Below, piece after piece: positions 54,066 through 64,000 of a stretch of 64,000 nucleotides of DNA; positions within the stretch are counted from its first letter, which is position 1; each line of letters starts with the position of its first letter. The notes under the pieces were generated by a model that searched no databases, was not told the DNA's origin, and saw nothing but the letters and a program-made list of their open reading frames with translations. The translations under genes and the position numbers were made by a program. This stretch comes from an uncultured Acidobacteriota bacterium (GTDB lineage: Bacteria > Acidobacteriota > Polarisedimenticolia > Polarisedimenticolales > DASRJG01): NCBI GenBank assembly GCA_964383585.1, contig CAYLHQ010000001.1:69530-133529 (forward strand), written 5' to 3'.

Positions 54066-55762
54066 CAATACCCCCGCGCCGCCCCGTCCCGGCGGGGGTC
54101 GGCCGCTCCTTCCCACTCGTTGCGGGAGGGGTTCCAAGCGAGCGCTTGCACGCTCCCGATCGGCTCCCGCTCCCGGAGGAGATGCCCGAGGCGGAGGAGA
54201 GCCTCCGCGGTGTCCTTCGAAAACGCGTTCTTTTCGTGATCGATCCGGTCGGGGATCCCCTGATGGTGGAATCGGGGGGAGTCGACCGCTTCTTGCAGCG
54301 ACATCCCGTGATCCACGACCCGGGATACGACCTGCGCGACCGACGTGATGATCGTGGGCCCGCCGGGGGAACCGAGGGCGAGGCGGGGACGTGGGGTGTT
54401 CCCCGGGGCGAGCACAAGGGTGGGGGTCATCGAGGAGACAGGCCGCTTCCCTCCAGCCACCGCGTTCGCGTCCCCTCCGACGAGTCCGTACGGGTCGGGG
54501 ACGCCTCGAGCGAGGGAGAAATCGGCGATCTGGTTGTTCAGGAGAACTCCGGTGCCCGGCACCACGATCCCCGATCCGAACCAGAGGTTGAGGGAGATCG
54601 TCGCCGCAACGACGTTGCTGCGGGCGTCGGCCACGGTGAAGTGGAGCGTTTCTCCGCCCCCCGTACCGGAGAAGCCGGAGAGGGAGGCGGACGGCGTCGC
54701 CCGCGCGTCGTCGATCCCCCGCGCGAGTTCCGCGATTCGGGCCGGATCGAGCAATCGATCGACCGGGACCTCGACGAAAGCCGGGTCTCCGAGGGCTCGT
54801 GCGCGATCCGCGAAGGCCCTTCGCTCCGCTTCGACCATGCGGTGGACCGTCGCGGAGGAGTACGGACCGGAGCTCGCGAGATCGAAGCGATCGAGCATGC
54901 CGAGGATCGCGAGGAGCGCGATCCCTCCGCCGCTCGGCGGGGGAAAGGTCTCGACCGTGTGCCCTCGGTAGGATCCGGCGAGGGGGGCGCGCGCCACGGG
55001 ACGGTACCCGCGGAGGTCGTCCTGGGTCAGGACCCCGCCCTCCTCGCGGACGGTCCGCGCGATCCGCTCCGCGAGCTGTCCCTCGTAGAAAGCGCGGGGA
55101 CCTTCGGCGGCGATCCGTCGGAGCGTCCTCGCAAGGTCGCGCTGGACGAGACGATCTCCCTCGCGGAGCGGCGTCCCGTCCGGCCGGAAGAAAAGCCCCC
55201 GCGAGGCGTCCCGGCGTCGCAGCCGATCCGCGGCGGATGCAAGCGCCTCGGCCTGGAAGCGGGGGAGGGGAAACCCTTCTTCCGCGAGGCGGATCGCGGG
55301 GGCGAGGAGTCCGGACCAGGGCAGGCTCCCGTGTTCGCGGTGCAGCGCCCAGAGACCGGCGACGAGACCGGGGACCCCCACCGACAGACCGGAATCGGTG
55401 GCGCGCGCGGGAACGGGGCGCCCTTCGGAGTCGAGGAAGTGCTCCGGCATCAGCGCGGCGGGGGCGGTTTCCCGGAAATCGAGGGCGACGGTCGCTCCGG
55501 CGCCGCTCCGAACGAGCGCGAACCCCCCTCCGCCGAGCGAGCCCGCCATCGGATCGGTCACCGAAAGGGCAAAGGCGATCGCGACCGCAGCGTCGGCCGC
55601 GCGGCCACCCCGCCTCAGAACGTCCCGTCCGACCTCGGCCGCGACCGGGTCGGGAGCGACCGCCATCCCGCGCGGGCCGCGGGCCGGAGGGGGAGACGCT
55701 CCGATCGTCGCGAGAAGCGCGGCAACGGCGAGAACGGAGAGGAGAAGTGGACGCGCCCGCAT
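54065..55762 (-). CDS. ggt: Gamma-glutamyltranspeptidase
   Basis: Signal peptide. GGGGF, autoprocessing site region GGETLHFTVAD, GVLLNNQ and KRPVSSMTPT. Confidence 0.9.
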   Translation of the reverse strand: MRARPLLLSVLAVAALLATIGASPPPARGPRGMAVAPDPVAAEVGRDVLRRGGRAADAAVAIAFALSVTDPMAGSLGGGGFALVRSGAGATVALDFRETAPAALMPEHFLDSEGRPVPARATDSGLSVGVPGLVAGLWALHREHGSLPWSGLLAPAIRLAEEGFPLPRFQAEALASAADRLRRRDASRGLFFRPDGTPLREGDRLVQRDLARTLRRIAAEGPRAFYEGQLAERIARTVREEGGVLTQDDLRGYRPVARAPLAGSYRGHTVETFPPPSGGGIALLAILGMLDRFDLASSGPYSSATVHRMVEAERRAFADRARALGDPAFVEVPVDRLLDPARIAELARGIDDARATPSASLSGFSGTGGGETLHFTVADARSNVVAATISLNLWFGSGIVVPGTGVLLNNQIADFSLARGVPDPYGLVGGDANAVAGGKRPVSSMTPTLVLAPGNTPRPRLALGSPGGPTIITSVAQVVSRVVDHGMSLQEAVDSPRFHHQGIPDRIDHEKNAFSKDTAEALLRLGHLLREREPIGSVQALAWNPSRNEWEGAADPRRDGAARGY

Positions 55763-55770
55763 GGGGGAGC

Positions 55771-55799
55771 ATTATGCGCGACGCTCCGGCCCGTCCCAA
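55771..55799 (-). promoter_or_regulatory. Candidate sigma70 promoter for ggt (TTGGGA-17-CATAAT on the minus strand); predicts a leaderless mRNA
   Basis: The minus strand reads TTGGGA (55799-55794), a 17-nt spacer, then CATAAT (55776-55771). Eight nt (GCTCCCCC, no Shine-Dalgarno) separate it from the ATG at 55762. Confidence 0.4.
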
Positions 55800-55808
55800 G
55801 CGGCGCGC

Positions 55809-55817
55809 TGCTACAAT
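55809..55817 (+). promoter_or_regulatory. Candidate extended -10 promoter (TGcTACAAT) for the thioredoxin-like lipoprotein gene
   Basis: TGCTACAAT at 55809-55817. A 27-nt leader containing GAGGAGGAAG precedes the ATG at 55845. Confidence 0.4.
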
Positions 55818-55844
55818 GCATCGCTCTCGCGAGGAGGAAGCCTG

Positions 55845-56360
55845 ATGGGGACCCGATCGATCGCTCCGGCGCTCGCGGCCATGGTGGCTTTTCTGTGGAC
55901 TGCCGGCTGCGGGGGAACCCCGCCGGGACCGCCCAAGGGCGTCGGTGGGACGCTCCCCGACCTCGAGCTCGCCTCGCTCGACGGATCGAAGATCCGTCTC
56001 GCCGACGGAAGCGGCCGTGTGAAACTGGTGAACTTCTGGGCGACCTGGTGCGCCCCCTGCCGGGAAGAAATCCCGCACTTCAACGCGATCTACGCGGAGT
56101 ACCGCGAGGAGGGGCTCGACATCGTCGCGATCTCGATGGACGAGGAGGGCGAGGAGGTCGTCCGCCCGTTCGTCGCCGACAACGGGATGACCTACCCGGT
56201 CGTCCTCGGAAGCGAGGAGGTGGCGGAAGCGTTCGGCGGGGTGATCGGGTTCCCGACGACCTTCCTCGTCGATCGTGAGGGGGCGGTGGTCGACAGCTGG
56301 GTCGGGGTGATCCCGCGCCGGGTTCTCGAGGAGAAGGTCCGCACGCTCGTGGCGGGCTGA
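55845..56360 (+). CDS. TlpA/ResA/CcmG-like thiol:disulfide oxidoreductase lipoprotein
   Basis: Lipobox LWTAGCG. Thioredoxin motif NFWATWCAPCREE. GFPTTFLVD. Confidence 0.85.
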   Translation: MGTRSIAPALAAMVAFLWTAGCGGTPPGPPKGVGGTLPDLELASLDGSKIRLADGSGRVKLVNFWATWCAPCREEIPHFNAIYAEYREEGLDIVAISMDEEGEEVVRPFVADNGMTYPVVLGSEEVAEAFGGVIGFPTTFLVDREGAVVDSWVGVIPRRVLEEKVRTLVAG

Positions 56361-56373
56361 GGAGAAACACCCG

Positions 56374-56979
56374 GTGCCGTCGAGACTTCGAACGATCCTG
56401 ATCTTGGCGGCGGTCGCGATCGCCGGTTTCGTCGCACTCGCGGCAATGGCGGAGCGGTACCGACGCATGACGCCGCAGCGGTCGGTCCTCGAACTCTCCT
56501 CGGAGACCGAACCGAGCGCGGCGACGGCGGCTCCGGGAGTCGTCGAGGCTCCTGCGCCCCCGGAGGAGCCCGCTCCATCCCCGCTGGCACGTCCCGAGGA
56601 GTCCGCGGCCCCCGCAGACGCCGACGTGGCCGCGGTGGAGAGGTTCCTCGAGGTTCGCGGTGCGATCCGGGAGTACCTCGAGGGGAATCGGAGGGCGGCG
56701 CGAACGGTCGCCGCGATCGTCGAGGAAGGGCAGACGACCTCGAAGACCCGCCCCGCCGATCCGCGGTTCCTCGCCGGGTATCGGGGGGTGCGAGCGGACG
56801 CGCTCGCGCGTGCCGGCACGAGTGCGGAGGAGTACGCGCGAGTCCGCGCGTCCTTTACCGCGTGGAGAAAGGGGGAGGGGAAGGACGGCCTCGGCGCGGC
56901 CTTCGCCGCGAGGGGCGAGGCGGCCGCGCTCGCCGATCTCGGGGCGCTCGAGACGGTCGACTACGAGGTTTCCTTCTGA
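56374..56979 (+). CDS. Hypothetical membrane-anchored protein
   Basis: High GC3 in this frame. N-terminal TM segment ILILAAVAIAGFVALAA, a P/A/E-rich linker and a helical C-terminal domain. I recognise no family. Confidence 0.45.
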   Translation: MPSRLRTILILAAVAIAGFVALAAMAERYRRMTPQRSVLELSSETEPSAATAAPGVVEAPAPPEEPAPSPLARPEESAAPADADVAAVERFLEVRGAIREYLEGNRRAARTVAAIVEEGQTTSKTRPADPRFLAGYRGVRADALARAGTSAEEYARVRASFTAWRKGEGKDGLGAAFAARGEAAALADLGALETVDYEVSF

Positions 56980-57119
56980 CTCGCCTTCATCGCGGTGCGC
57001 TCGAGCCTTTCGAGGCGCCCGCGCACGCGGCGCAGCCGGATCCCGAGGAAGGCCTGGTAGGCGACGATGCCGGCCCAGACGACCGCGGTGCCCCAGAACA
57101 GGAAGTCGTAGCTTCGCAT
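56961..57119 (-). CDS. ccmD: Heme exporter protein CcmD (small single-TM protein)
   Basis: 52 aa, MRSYDFLFWGTAVVWAGIVAYQAFLGIRLRRVR... It lies directly after ccmC with a TGATG overlap. Confidence 0.5.
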   Translation of the reverse strand: MRSYDFLFWGTAVVWAGIVAYQAFLGIRLRRVRGRLERLERTAMKASQKETS

Positions 57120-57826
57120 CAGCCTTGCCCCACCGCGTGCTCCGCGAGGAGGTCGGTGCGCTCCTCGAGGGCAGCGAGTCTCGTGCGCATCCACAGAAGA
57201 ACCGCGTACAGCAGGAAGAAGGCGAGCGTGGAAGCACCGAGCGCGTCCCGCATCGCGGGGGCCAGGGCGTCTTCCTTCCCCGGTCCGAAGACCTGCGGGT
57301 GCTGCCCTCGCCACCACTCGACCGCCTTGTAGATGATCGGGACGTCGAGGGCCGCCACGATCCCGAGCACGGCCGCGAGCCGCGCGGCCTGGTCCCGATT
57401 CTCCGCGTATCCTCGAACCAGGAGGCACGAGGCGAGGAGAAGCCACAGCACGAGGGTGGTGGTCAGCCTCGCCTCCCAGGTCCACCACACGCCCCAGGCC
57501 GGCTTCGCCCAGATCGGTCCCGAAACGAGGACGATCGTGCAGAAGACGAGACCGACTTCGGCCGCCGCGCGGGCGACGCGGTCCCATGCTCCCTCGCGGG
57601 TCCACAGGTACGCGATCGACGCAGCCATCAGCACGAAGACCGAGGCGAAGCAGACCATCGCCGACGGGACGTGAAAGTAGAAGATCTTCTGCACGGCCCC
57701 CATGACCCGTTCTTCGGGGGCGACGACGAAGACCTTCCAAAGCGCCCGGATCATCGCGGCCGCCGAGAGGGCGACGAGAAGGGCGAGGAGGACGTCGGAG
57801 CGGAGGGTCGAACCGGTGCGTGCCAT
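57119..57826 (-). CDS. ccmC: Heme exporter protein CcmC
   Basis: FYFHVPSA and the tryptophan-rich WWD-type motif WAKPAWGVWWTWEARL. Six TM segments. Confidence 0.9.
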   Translation of the reverse strand: MARTGSTLRSDVLLALLVALSAAAMIRALWKVFVVAPEERVMGAVQKIFYFHVPSAMVCFASVFVLMAASIAYLWTREGAWDRVARAAAEVGLVFCTIVLVSGPIWAKPAWGVWWTWEARLTTTLVLWLLLASCLLVRGYAENRDQAARLAAVLGIVAALDVPIIYKAVEWWRGQHPQVFGPGKEDALAPAMRDALGASTLAFFLLYAVLLWMRTRLAALEERTDLLAEHAVGQG

Positions 57827-58536
57827 CAATCCTCCAGGATGAACTCGAAGGTCAGGAGGGCGACGAGGAAGTAGAGCACGGTCAGTCCCGCGGTCACCAG
57901 GAGCCAGTGGCGTACGGGGGCGAGTCCCGACCCCGCCACCGCACTCGCGGTGCACTCGACGGCGGAGATGAAGACTGGGGTCGCGGCCGGGAAGAGGAGG
58001 GTCGAGAGAAGGGCTTCGCCCCGTCCGAGGCGACTCGTGACCGCGCCGAAGAGGGTCCCGAGTTGGGCGATCGCCGCCGTGTGCAGGAGGACGACGAGTC
58101 CCGCAGGGGCGGCGGCGGCCACGAGATCCCAGTCGAAGAGGACCGCCGACAGGGGAAGCAGAACCGCCTCGAGGGCGAGGAGGAGGGCGAGGTTCGCGAG
58201 CGCCTTCCCGGCGAAGAGCGCGCCGCGGTCGACCGGGGCGAGCCAGAGGGCGGTCAGCGCGTCCCCGCGTTTTTCGATCTCGAACGAGCGGGCGAAGGAG
58301 ACCACGCCGGCGAACGCGATCGTCGTCCAGACGACGCCGGGGACGATCGATTCGGCCCCGACCTTTCGGACGGTTCCGAGGTCGAAGGCGAAGCTGAAAA
58401 CGACGAGCACGATGAGGGAGAAGAGGACGGTCGCGGACAGGGTCTCGCGCGTCCTTCCCTCGATTCGGAGGTCCTTCGCCGCGAGCAGGAGGGCCGCGCG
58501 CAGGAAGCCGGGGGGGCGGGGCGGGGGCGCCGTCAC
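57826..58536 (-). CDS. ccmB: Heme exporter permease CcmB
   Basis: Multi-pass protein LLLAAKDLRIEGRTRE...LFSLIVLVVFSFAF..., placed between ccmA and ccmC. The GTG start overlaps the ccmA stop. Confidence 0.8.
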   Translation of the reverse strand: MTAPPPRPPGFLRAALLLAAKDLRIEGRTRETLSATVLFSLIVLVVFSFAFDLGTVRKVGAESIVPGVVWTTIAFAGVVSFARSFEIEKRGDALTALWLAPVDRGALFAGKALANLALLLALEAVLLPLSAVLFDWDLVAAAAPAGLVVLLHTAAIAQLGTLFGAVTSRLGRGEALLSTLLFPAATPVFISAVECTASAVAGSGLAPVRHWLLVTAGLTVLYFLVALLTFEFILED

Positions 58537-59246
58537 GATCCGGGCCGTCCGTAGGCGGCGAGGAGGCGTTCGCGGTCGGAAGGGTGAGACGTCCCGCCGT
58601 CCGCCACCCTGCCCGCGGCGAGGAAGATCCAACGGGAGCAGAAGGCGAGCCCCTCGTCCACGTCGTGCGTCGTCAGGACGATCGTTCCGCCTCGCGCGAG
58701 AAAGCGTCCGAGCGATTCCCGGATCGCCTCGGCCGCCGACGGATCGAGCCCGGAAAACGGCTCGTCGAGGAAGAGGAGGGCGGGCTCGTGGACGAGGGCG
58801 CGCGCGAGCGCGAGCCGTTGCTGCATCCCTCGCGAGAAGGTCCGCACGCGATCGGCCGCGCGCGCGCCGAGCCCCACCTCGTGGAGGAGGGCGTCGGACC
58901 TCCCCGCGGCGTCGGCGACCCCATGGAGGCGCGCGAAGAAGACCAGGTTTTCTTCCGCCGAGAGGTCGTCGTACAGGAACGTCCGGTGCGAGAGGACCCC
59001 GATCCGTGCGCGTCGCGCGGCGTCGCCGCCGCGGACCGCGCGGCCTTCGATGCGGACCGAGCCCGACGAGGGTTCGAGGCCGGACGACAGGAGCCGGAGG
59101 AGGGTCGTCTTTCCCGCTCCGTTCGGTCCGAAGATCGCGACCGATTCCCCGCGGTCGACCCGGAGATCGACCCCGTCGAGGGCGACCCGGGAGCCGAAAC
59201 GCCGGTTCAGCCCCTCCGCAAGGAGGATCGGCTCCGCGCCTTCCAA
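58533..59246 (-). CDS. ccmA: Heme exporter ABC ATPase CcmA
   Basis: Walker A GPNGAGKTT, signature FSRGMQQR and Walker B LLFLDEP. Confidence 0.9.
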   Translation of the reverse strand: MEGAEPILLAEGLNRRFGSRVALDGVDLRVDRGESVAIFGPNGAGKTTLLRLLSSGLEPSSGSVRIEGRAVRGGDAARRARIGVLSHRTFLYDDLSAEENLVFFARLHGVADAAGRSDALLHEVGLGARAADRVRTFSRGMQQRLALARALVHEPALLFLDEPFSGLDPSAAEAIRESLGRFLARGGTIVLTTHDVDEGLAFCSRWIFLAAGRVADGGTSHPSDRERLLAAYGRPGS

Positions 59247-59250
59247 CGGT

Positions 59251-59556
59251 TCAGCCCCGCCGGTCCTCGGAAGGGGTGGGGAGCGCGTCGATCCGCTTCA
59301 GGATCTCGACGGCGCGGGCCGTGAGCCTCGACCGCAGATCCTCGTAGTCGGCGTCTCCGATCTTCCCGGTCGCGCGGTCGTCCTCGAGGTCTCGGAGGGC
59401 GGCGAGCGCCATCTCGCGTCGGGATTCGAGGTCCTGCGCCTCGCTCAACTCCGAGGCGACCCGTTCGGCGGCCGCCGCGTCCTCACGGAAGAGCGGTGCG
59501 AGCACCCACACCGCCGCGGCGGCCGCGAGGAGGGCGACGAAGAGCCATGCGATCAT
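59251..59556 (-). CDS. CcmI N-terminal-module-like small membrane protein (no TPR part)
   Basis: MIAWLFVALLAAAAAVWVLAPLFR then ALAALRDLEDDRATGKIGDADYEDLRSRL resembles the CcmI/CycH N-terminal segment. ATGA overlap with the ccmH-like gene. Confidence 0.5.
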   Translation of the reverse strand: MIAWLFVALLAAAAAVWVLAPLFREDAAAAERVASELSEAQDLESRREMALAALRDLEDDRATGKIGDADYEDLRSRLTARAVEILKRIDALPTPSEDRRG

Positions 59557-59975
59557 CGGTCGTACTCCCGGAGCGCGTCGTCGAGTCGCTCCTTCCAGTC
59601 GGCGTCGAGAGGGGGCGCTCCGGCGGGGGCGGGCGTCCGGGAGCGCCGCCAACGCCTGAGGACGAGGGTCAGGCCGAGCGCGGCGCCCACGAGCAACACC
59701 CCGGGACCGAGCCAGGCGACGAGGTTGAACCCGACGGCGGGGGGAGCGACCAGGATCTTCTCGCCGTGGCGCGCGACGTACGCCTCGATCACCTGGGCGC
59801 CGGTCTTTCCCGAGGCGATCTCGCCCGCGATTTCCCCGCGCATTTCCTCGGCGCGCCCACACGCGCAATCGTGGACCGACTGGGGATGGCACCCGCAGTC
59901 GCAGAGGATCGTCCGGGCCGCCTGGTCGTACTCGGCGGCCTGGGCGGGCGTGAGCGTTTCGGGGGAGGCGAACAT
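59553..59975 (-). CDS. ccmH: CcmH/NrfF-family protein with a non-canonical cysteine motif
   Basis: ILCDCGCHPQSVHDCACGRAEEMRGEIAGEIASGKTGAQVIEAYVARHGEKILVAPP aligns with the CcmH pattern LRCxxC...DS...A.DMR...G.sd.eI..y...rYGe.vl..Pp. It has one TM segment then RRWRRSR, and no N-terminal signal peptide. Confidence 0.7.
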   Translation of the reverse strand: MFASPETLTPAQAAEYDQAARTILCDCGCHPQSVHDCACGRAEEMRGEIAGEIASGKTGAQVIEAYVARHGEKILVAPPAVGFNLVAWLGPGVLLVGAALGLTLVLRRWRRSRTPAPAGAPPLDADWKERLDDALREYDR

Positions 59976-59988
59976 CCCGGGCTCCCGC

Positions 59989-62213
<2,225 letters not shown>

Positions 62214-62217
<4 letters not shown>

Positions 62218-62636
62218 CGGCTCGCCTCTTCGGCGCCTTCCGCCGCCTCGTACTTCGACGGACACTTGGCGAGCAGGGTCGACGCCTCGAAGACGCCGTC
62301 GGCGCGGAGCCCCCCCTCCACCACGACGTCGGCCCCGTCGACGAAGGTGTCGGGGATGATGCCGTGGTAGGCCACACGGATCTCGGCGCCGCCGCCCGCC
62401 ATGGTGAACGTGACATCCTGCCCGGTCGGGAGGCGCTCGATCGAGCCCGAGACGACCTTGCCGTTGACGCGGACGTTCGAGGCCGTCGAGCCTCCCCGGG
62501 CCAGGAACTCCGGCACCGTCACGTAGTAGACGAGCCCCCCCGACCCGGAGCGCGAGACGGCGACCCCCACGAGAAAGGCCATCGTGGCGGCCACACCGAC
62601 ACCGAGAGCGACGAACTTTCCCCGACGCGCATCCAC
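62214..62636 (-). CDS. ccmE: Heme chaperone CcmE, CxxxY variant
   Basis: N-terminal anchor RRGKFVALGVGVAATMAFLV. OB-fold region VRVNGKVVSGSI...F. Heme-binding region LLAKCPSKYE, where canonical CcmE has LAKHDEKY. GTG 62636 is preceded by GGAGGG. Confidence 0.85.
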
Positions 62637-62776
62637 CGCTTCCGTCCCTCCTGCCGCACTGGAGATGGTACGGAGCCTCCCCGGGGGTGTCAACGAAGGC
62701 GCGCGGCGCTTGGAGGGGAGGGGCGACCGGTGTTACCGTGGGCGGGTTTTACCGCCCGGAAGGGGGAAGCGAGGGG

Positions 62777-63253
62777 ATGCGGGAGATCAAGGCGCGGCTC
62801 GAACAGGAGCTCCGGGGCCTGGAGCGGGAGCTGACGGTCGAGTTGCCGCGGGAGATCAAGACCGCGGTCGCGATGGGAGACCTCCGCGAGAACGCCGAGT
62901 ACCAGGCGGCCCTCGAGCGCCAGCGTTACGTCAAGGCCCGGATCGGGCAACTCCGGACCCGGCTGTCCGAGTTGGGGACGATGAATCTCGACCGGATCCC
63001 GAAGGACCGGGTGGGGCTCGGCACGCGCGTCTCCCTGCTCGATCTCGACACCGACACCGAGGTGACCTTCGAGCTCGTGATCCCCGAGATGGCCGACCTC
63101 GAGCGCGGTCTCGTCTCGATCGCGTCCCCGGTGGGGAAGGGCCTGATGGGACGACGGGGAGGGGACGAGGTGACCATCGCGGTCCCCTCGGGCACGAAAC
63201 GGTACGAGATTCTCGAACTGATCACGATCCACGCTCGCGAGACGAACGAGTGA
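62777..63253 (+). CDS. greA: Transcription elongation factor GreA
   Basis: GDLRENAEYQAALERQ, coiled-coil N-domain, and C-domain ISIASPVGKGLMG...G. ATG at 62777. Confidence 0.9.
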   Translation: MREIKARLEQELRGLERELTVELPREIKTAVAMGDLRENAEYQAALERQRYVKARIGQLRTRLSELGTMNLDRIPKDRVGLGTRVSLLDLDTDTEVTFELVIPEMADLERGLVSIASPVGKGLMGRRGGDEVTIAVPSGTKRYEILELITIHARETNE

Positions 63254-64000
63254 CCATCGCGAGCGCTCGCGCGGTCTGGCTCGCCCTCCGCCCGAAGCAC
63301 TGGATCAAGAACACCTTCGTCCTCGCCCCGCTCGTCTTCGCGGGGCGGTTGTCCGATCCCGCCTCCGTCGAGCGCGCCGCCGCCGCCCTCGCCGTGTTCT
63401 GTGCCCTGTCGTCGTCCGTCTACTTGCTGAACGATGTGGCGGACCGGGAGGCGGACCGCCTCCACCCGAAGAAGCGGTTCCGTCCGATCGCGGCGGGAGA
63501 CCTGGGAGCGACCCCCGCCGTCCTCCTCGCCTCCGCACTCGCCGTCGGATCGCTCGCCGCGGCGATCGTTCTCTCGCCGAAGCTCGCCGCGGTGTCGGCC
63601 CTCTACCTCGCCCAGAACCTCGCGTACTCCTTCGCCCTCAAGAGGGTCGTCATCCTCGACGTCATGCTCGTCGCATCCGGCTTCCTGCTGCGCGCCTGGG
63701 CGGGGGCGGTCGCGGTCGGGGTGGCGATCTCGGAATGGCTGGTTCTGTGCACCGGGTTGCTCGCGCTTTTCCTCGGGTTCGTCAAACGGAGGCAGGAGAT
63801 CGCTTCGGCTCCGGTCGCGACCGAGCAGCGTCCCATCCTGAGGGAATACTCCCTCCCGTTCCTCGATCAGATGATCGCGGTCGTGACGGGATCGGTCGTG
63901 ACGGCGTACGCGCTCTACGCCTTCTCGGACGAGGTCGCGACGAAGCTGGGGACACGCCACCTGGGGCTCACGATCCCGTTCGTCCTCTTCGGGATCTTCC
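63250..64000 (+). CDS. UbiA-family prenyltransferase, decaprenyl-phosphate phosphoribosyltransferase-like (partial, runs off the window)
   Basis: The GTG start overlaps the greA stop. KHWIKNTFVLAPLVF...YLLNDVADREADRLHPKKRFRPIAAG. Multi-pass membrane protein. The ORF is open to nt 64000. Confidence 0.65.
   Translation, partial: MTIASARAVWLALRPKHWIKNTFVLAPLVFAGRLSDPASVERAAAALAVFCALSSSVYLLNDVADREADRLHPKKRFRPIAAGDLGATPAVLLASALAVGSLAAAIVLSPKLAAVSALYLAQNLAYSFALKRVVILDVMLVASGFLLRAWAGAVAVGVAISEWLVLCTGLLALFLGFVKRRQEIASAPVATEQRPILREYSLPFLDQMIAVVTGSVVTAYALYAFSDEVATKLGTRHLGLTIPFVLFGIF

Noticed and set aside
53505-56819. 1104-aa minus-strand ORF suggested by the track
   Set aside because: Only its last 186 codons (53505-54065, the LOG-like protein) are coding-like. 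Upstream it runs through ggt in a different frame and antisense to the thioredoxin gene.

Overview
This is a high-GC (about 70%) bacterial chromosomal segment. It is very gene-dense: I support 66 protein genes and one tRNA-Leu(CAA). I saw no rRNA, CRISPR array, transposase, integrase or prophage signature. The lineage is probably a didermic, Acidobacteriota-like group, but that is a guess from gene content.

Most of the window is housekeeping:
- pepF, carD, an rqcH-like gene, deoC, nrdR, hsp20 and lon
- an M16 peptidase, dut, purB/F/M/N, radC, tyrS and thrC
- folB-queD-folE, miaA-hfq, pgsA, mutS2, lepB, ggt and greA

Two accessory-type blocks stand out:
1. Nt 8982-21796 is a 14-gene, tightly coupled type IV filament / type II secretion-like operon.
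   - It opens with an ECF sigma factor, a zinc-finger anti-sigma factor and a small secretin-N-domain protein.
   - PilC, PilB, PilM, PilN, PilO and a PilP-like protein follow.
   - The secretin carries a lipobox, N-terminal TPRs and a C-terminal proline-rich linker plus a cohesin-like domain.
   - The operon ends with two GspG-like pseudopilins, a Big/PKD lipoprotein and a pseudopilin-like protein with a collagen-like tail.
2. Nt 56961-62636 (minus strand) is a complete cytochrome c maturation System I cluster.
   - Its CcmE has the variant CxxxY heme-binding motif instead of HxxxY.
   - Its CcmH-like protein has CxCxC...CxC instead of LRCxxC and lacks a signal peptide.

Other points worth a second look:
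- a PilT ATPase with a roughly 130-aa coiled-coil tail
- several sigma70-type promoters of the form TTGACx-17/18-TAnAnT, some placed so close to the start codon that the mRNA should be leaderless (tyrS, ggt, pgsA)
- a miaA gene with no canonical start codon in a sensible position
- mutS2 and a Rae1/YacP-like NYN gene whose stop codons abut in a TGATCA palindrome
- pervasive 1-4 nt start/stop overlaps

All functional calls rest on my own reading of motifs in the translated ORFs. No database search was run.
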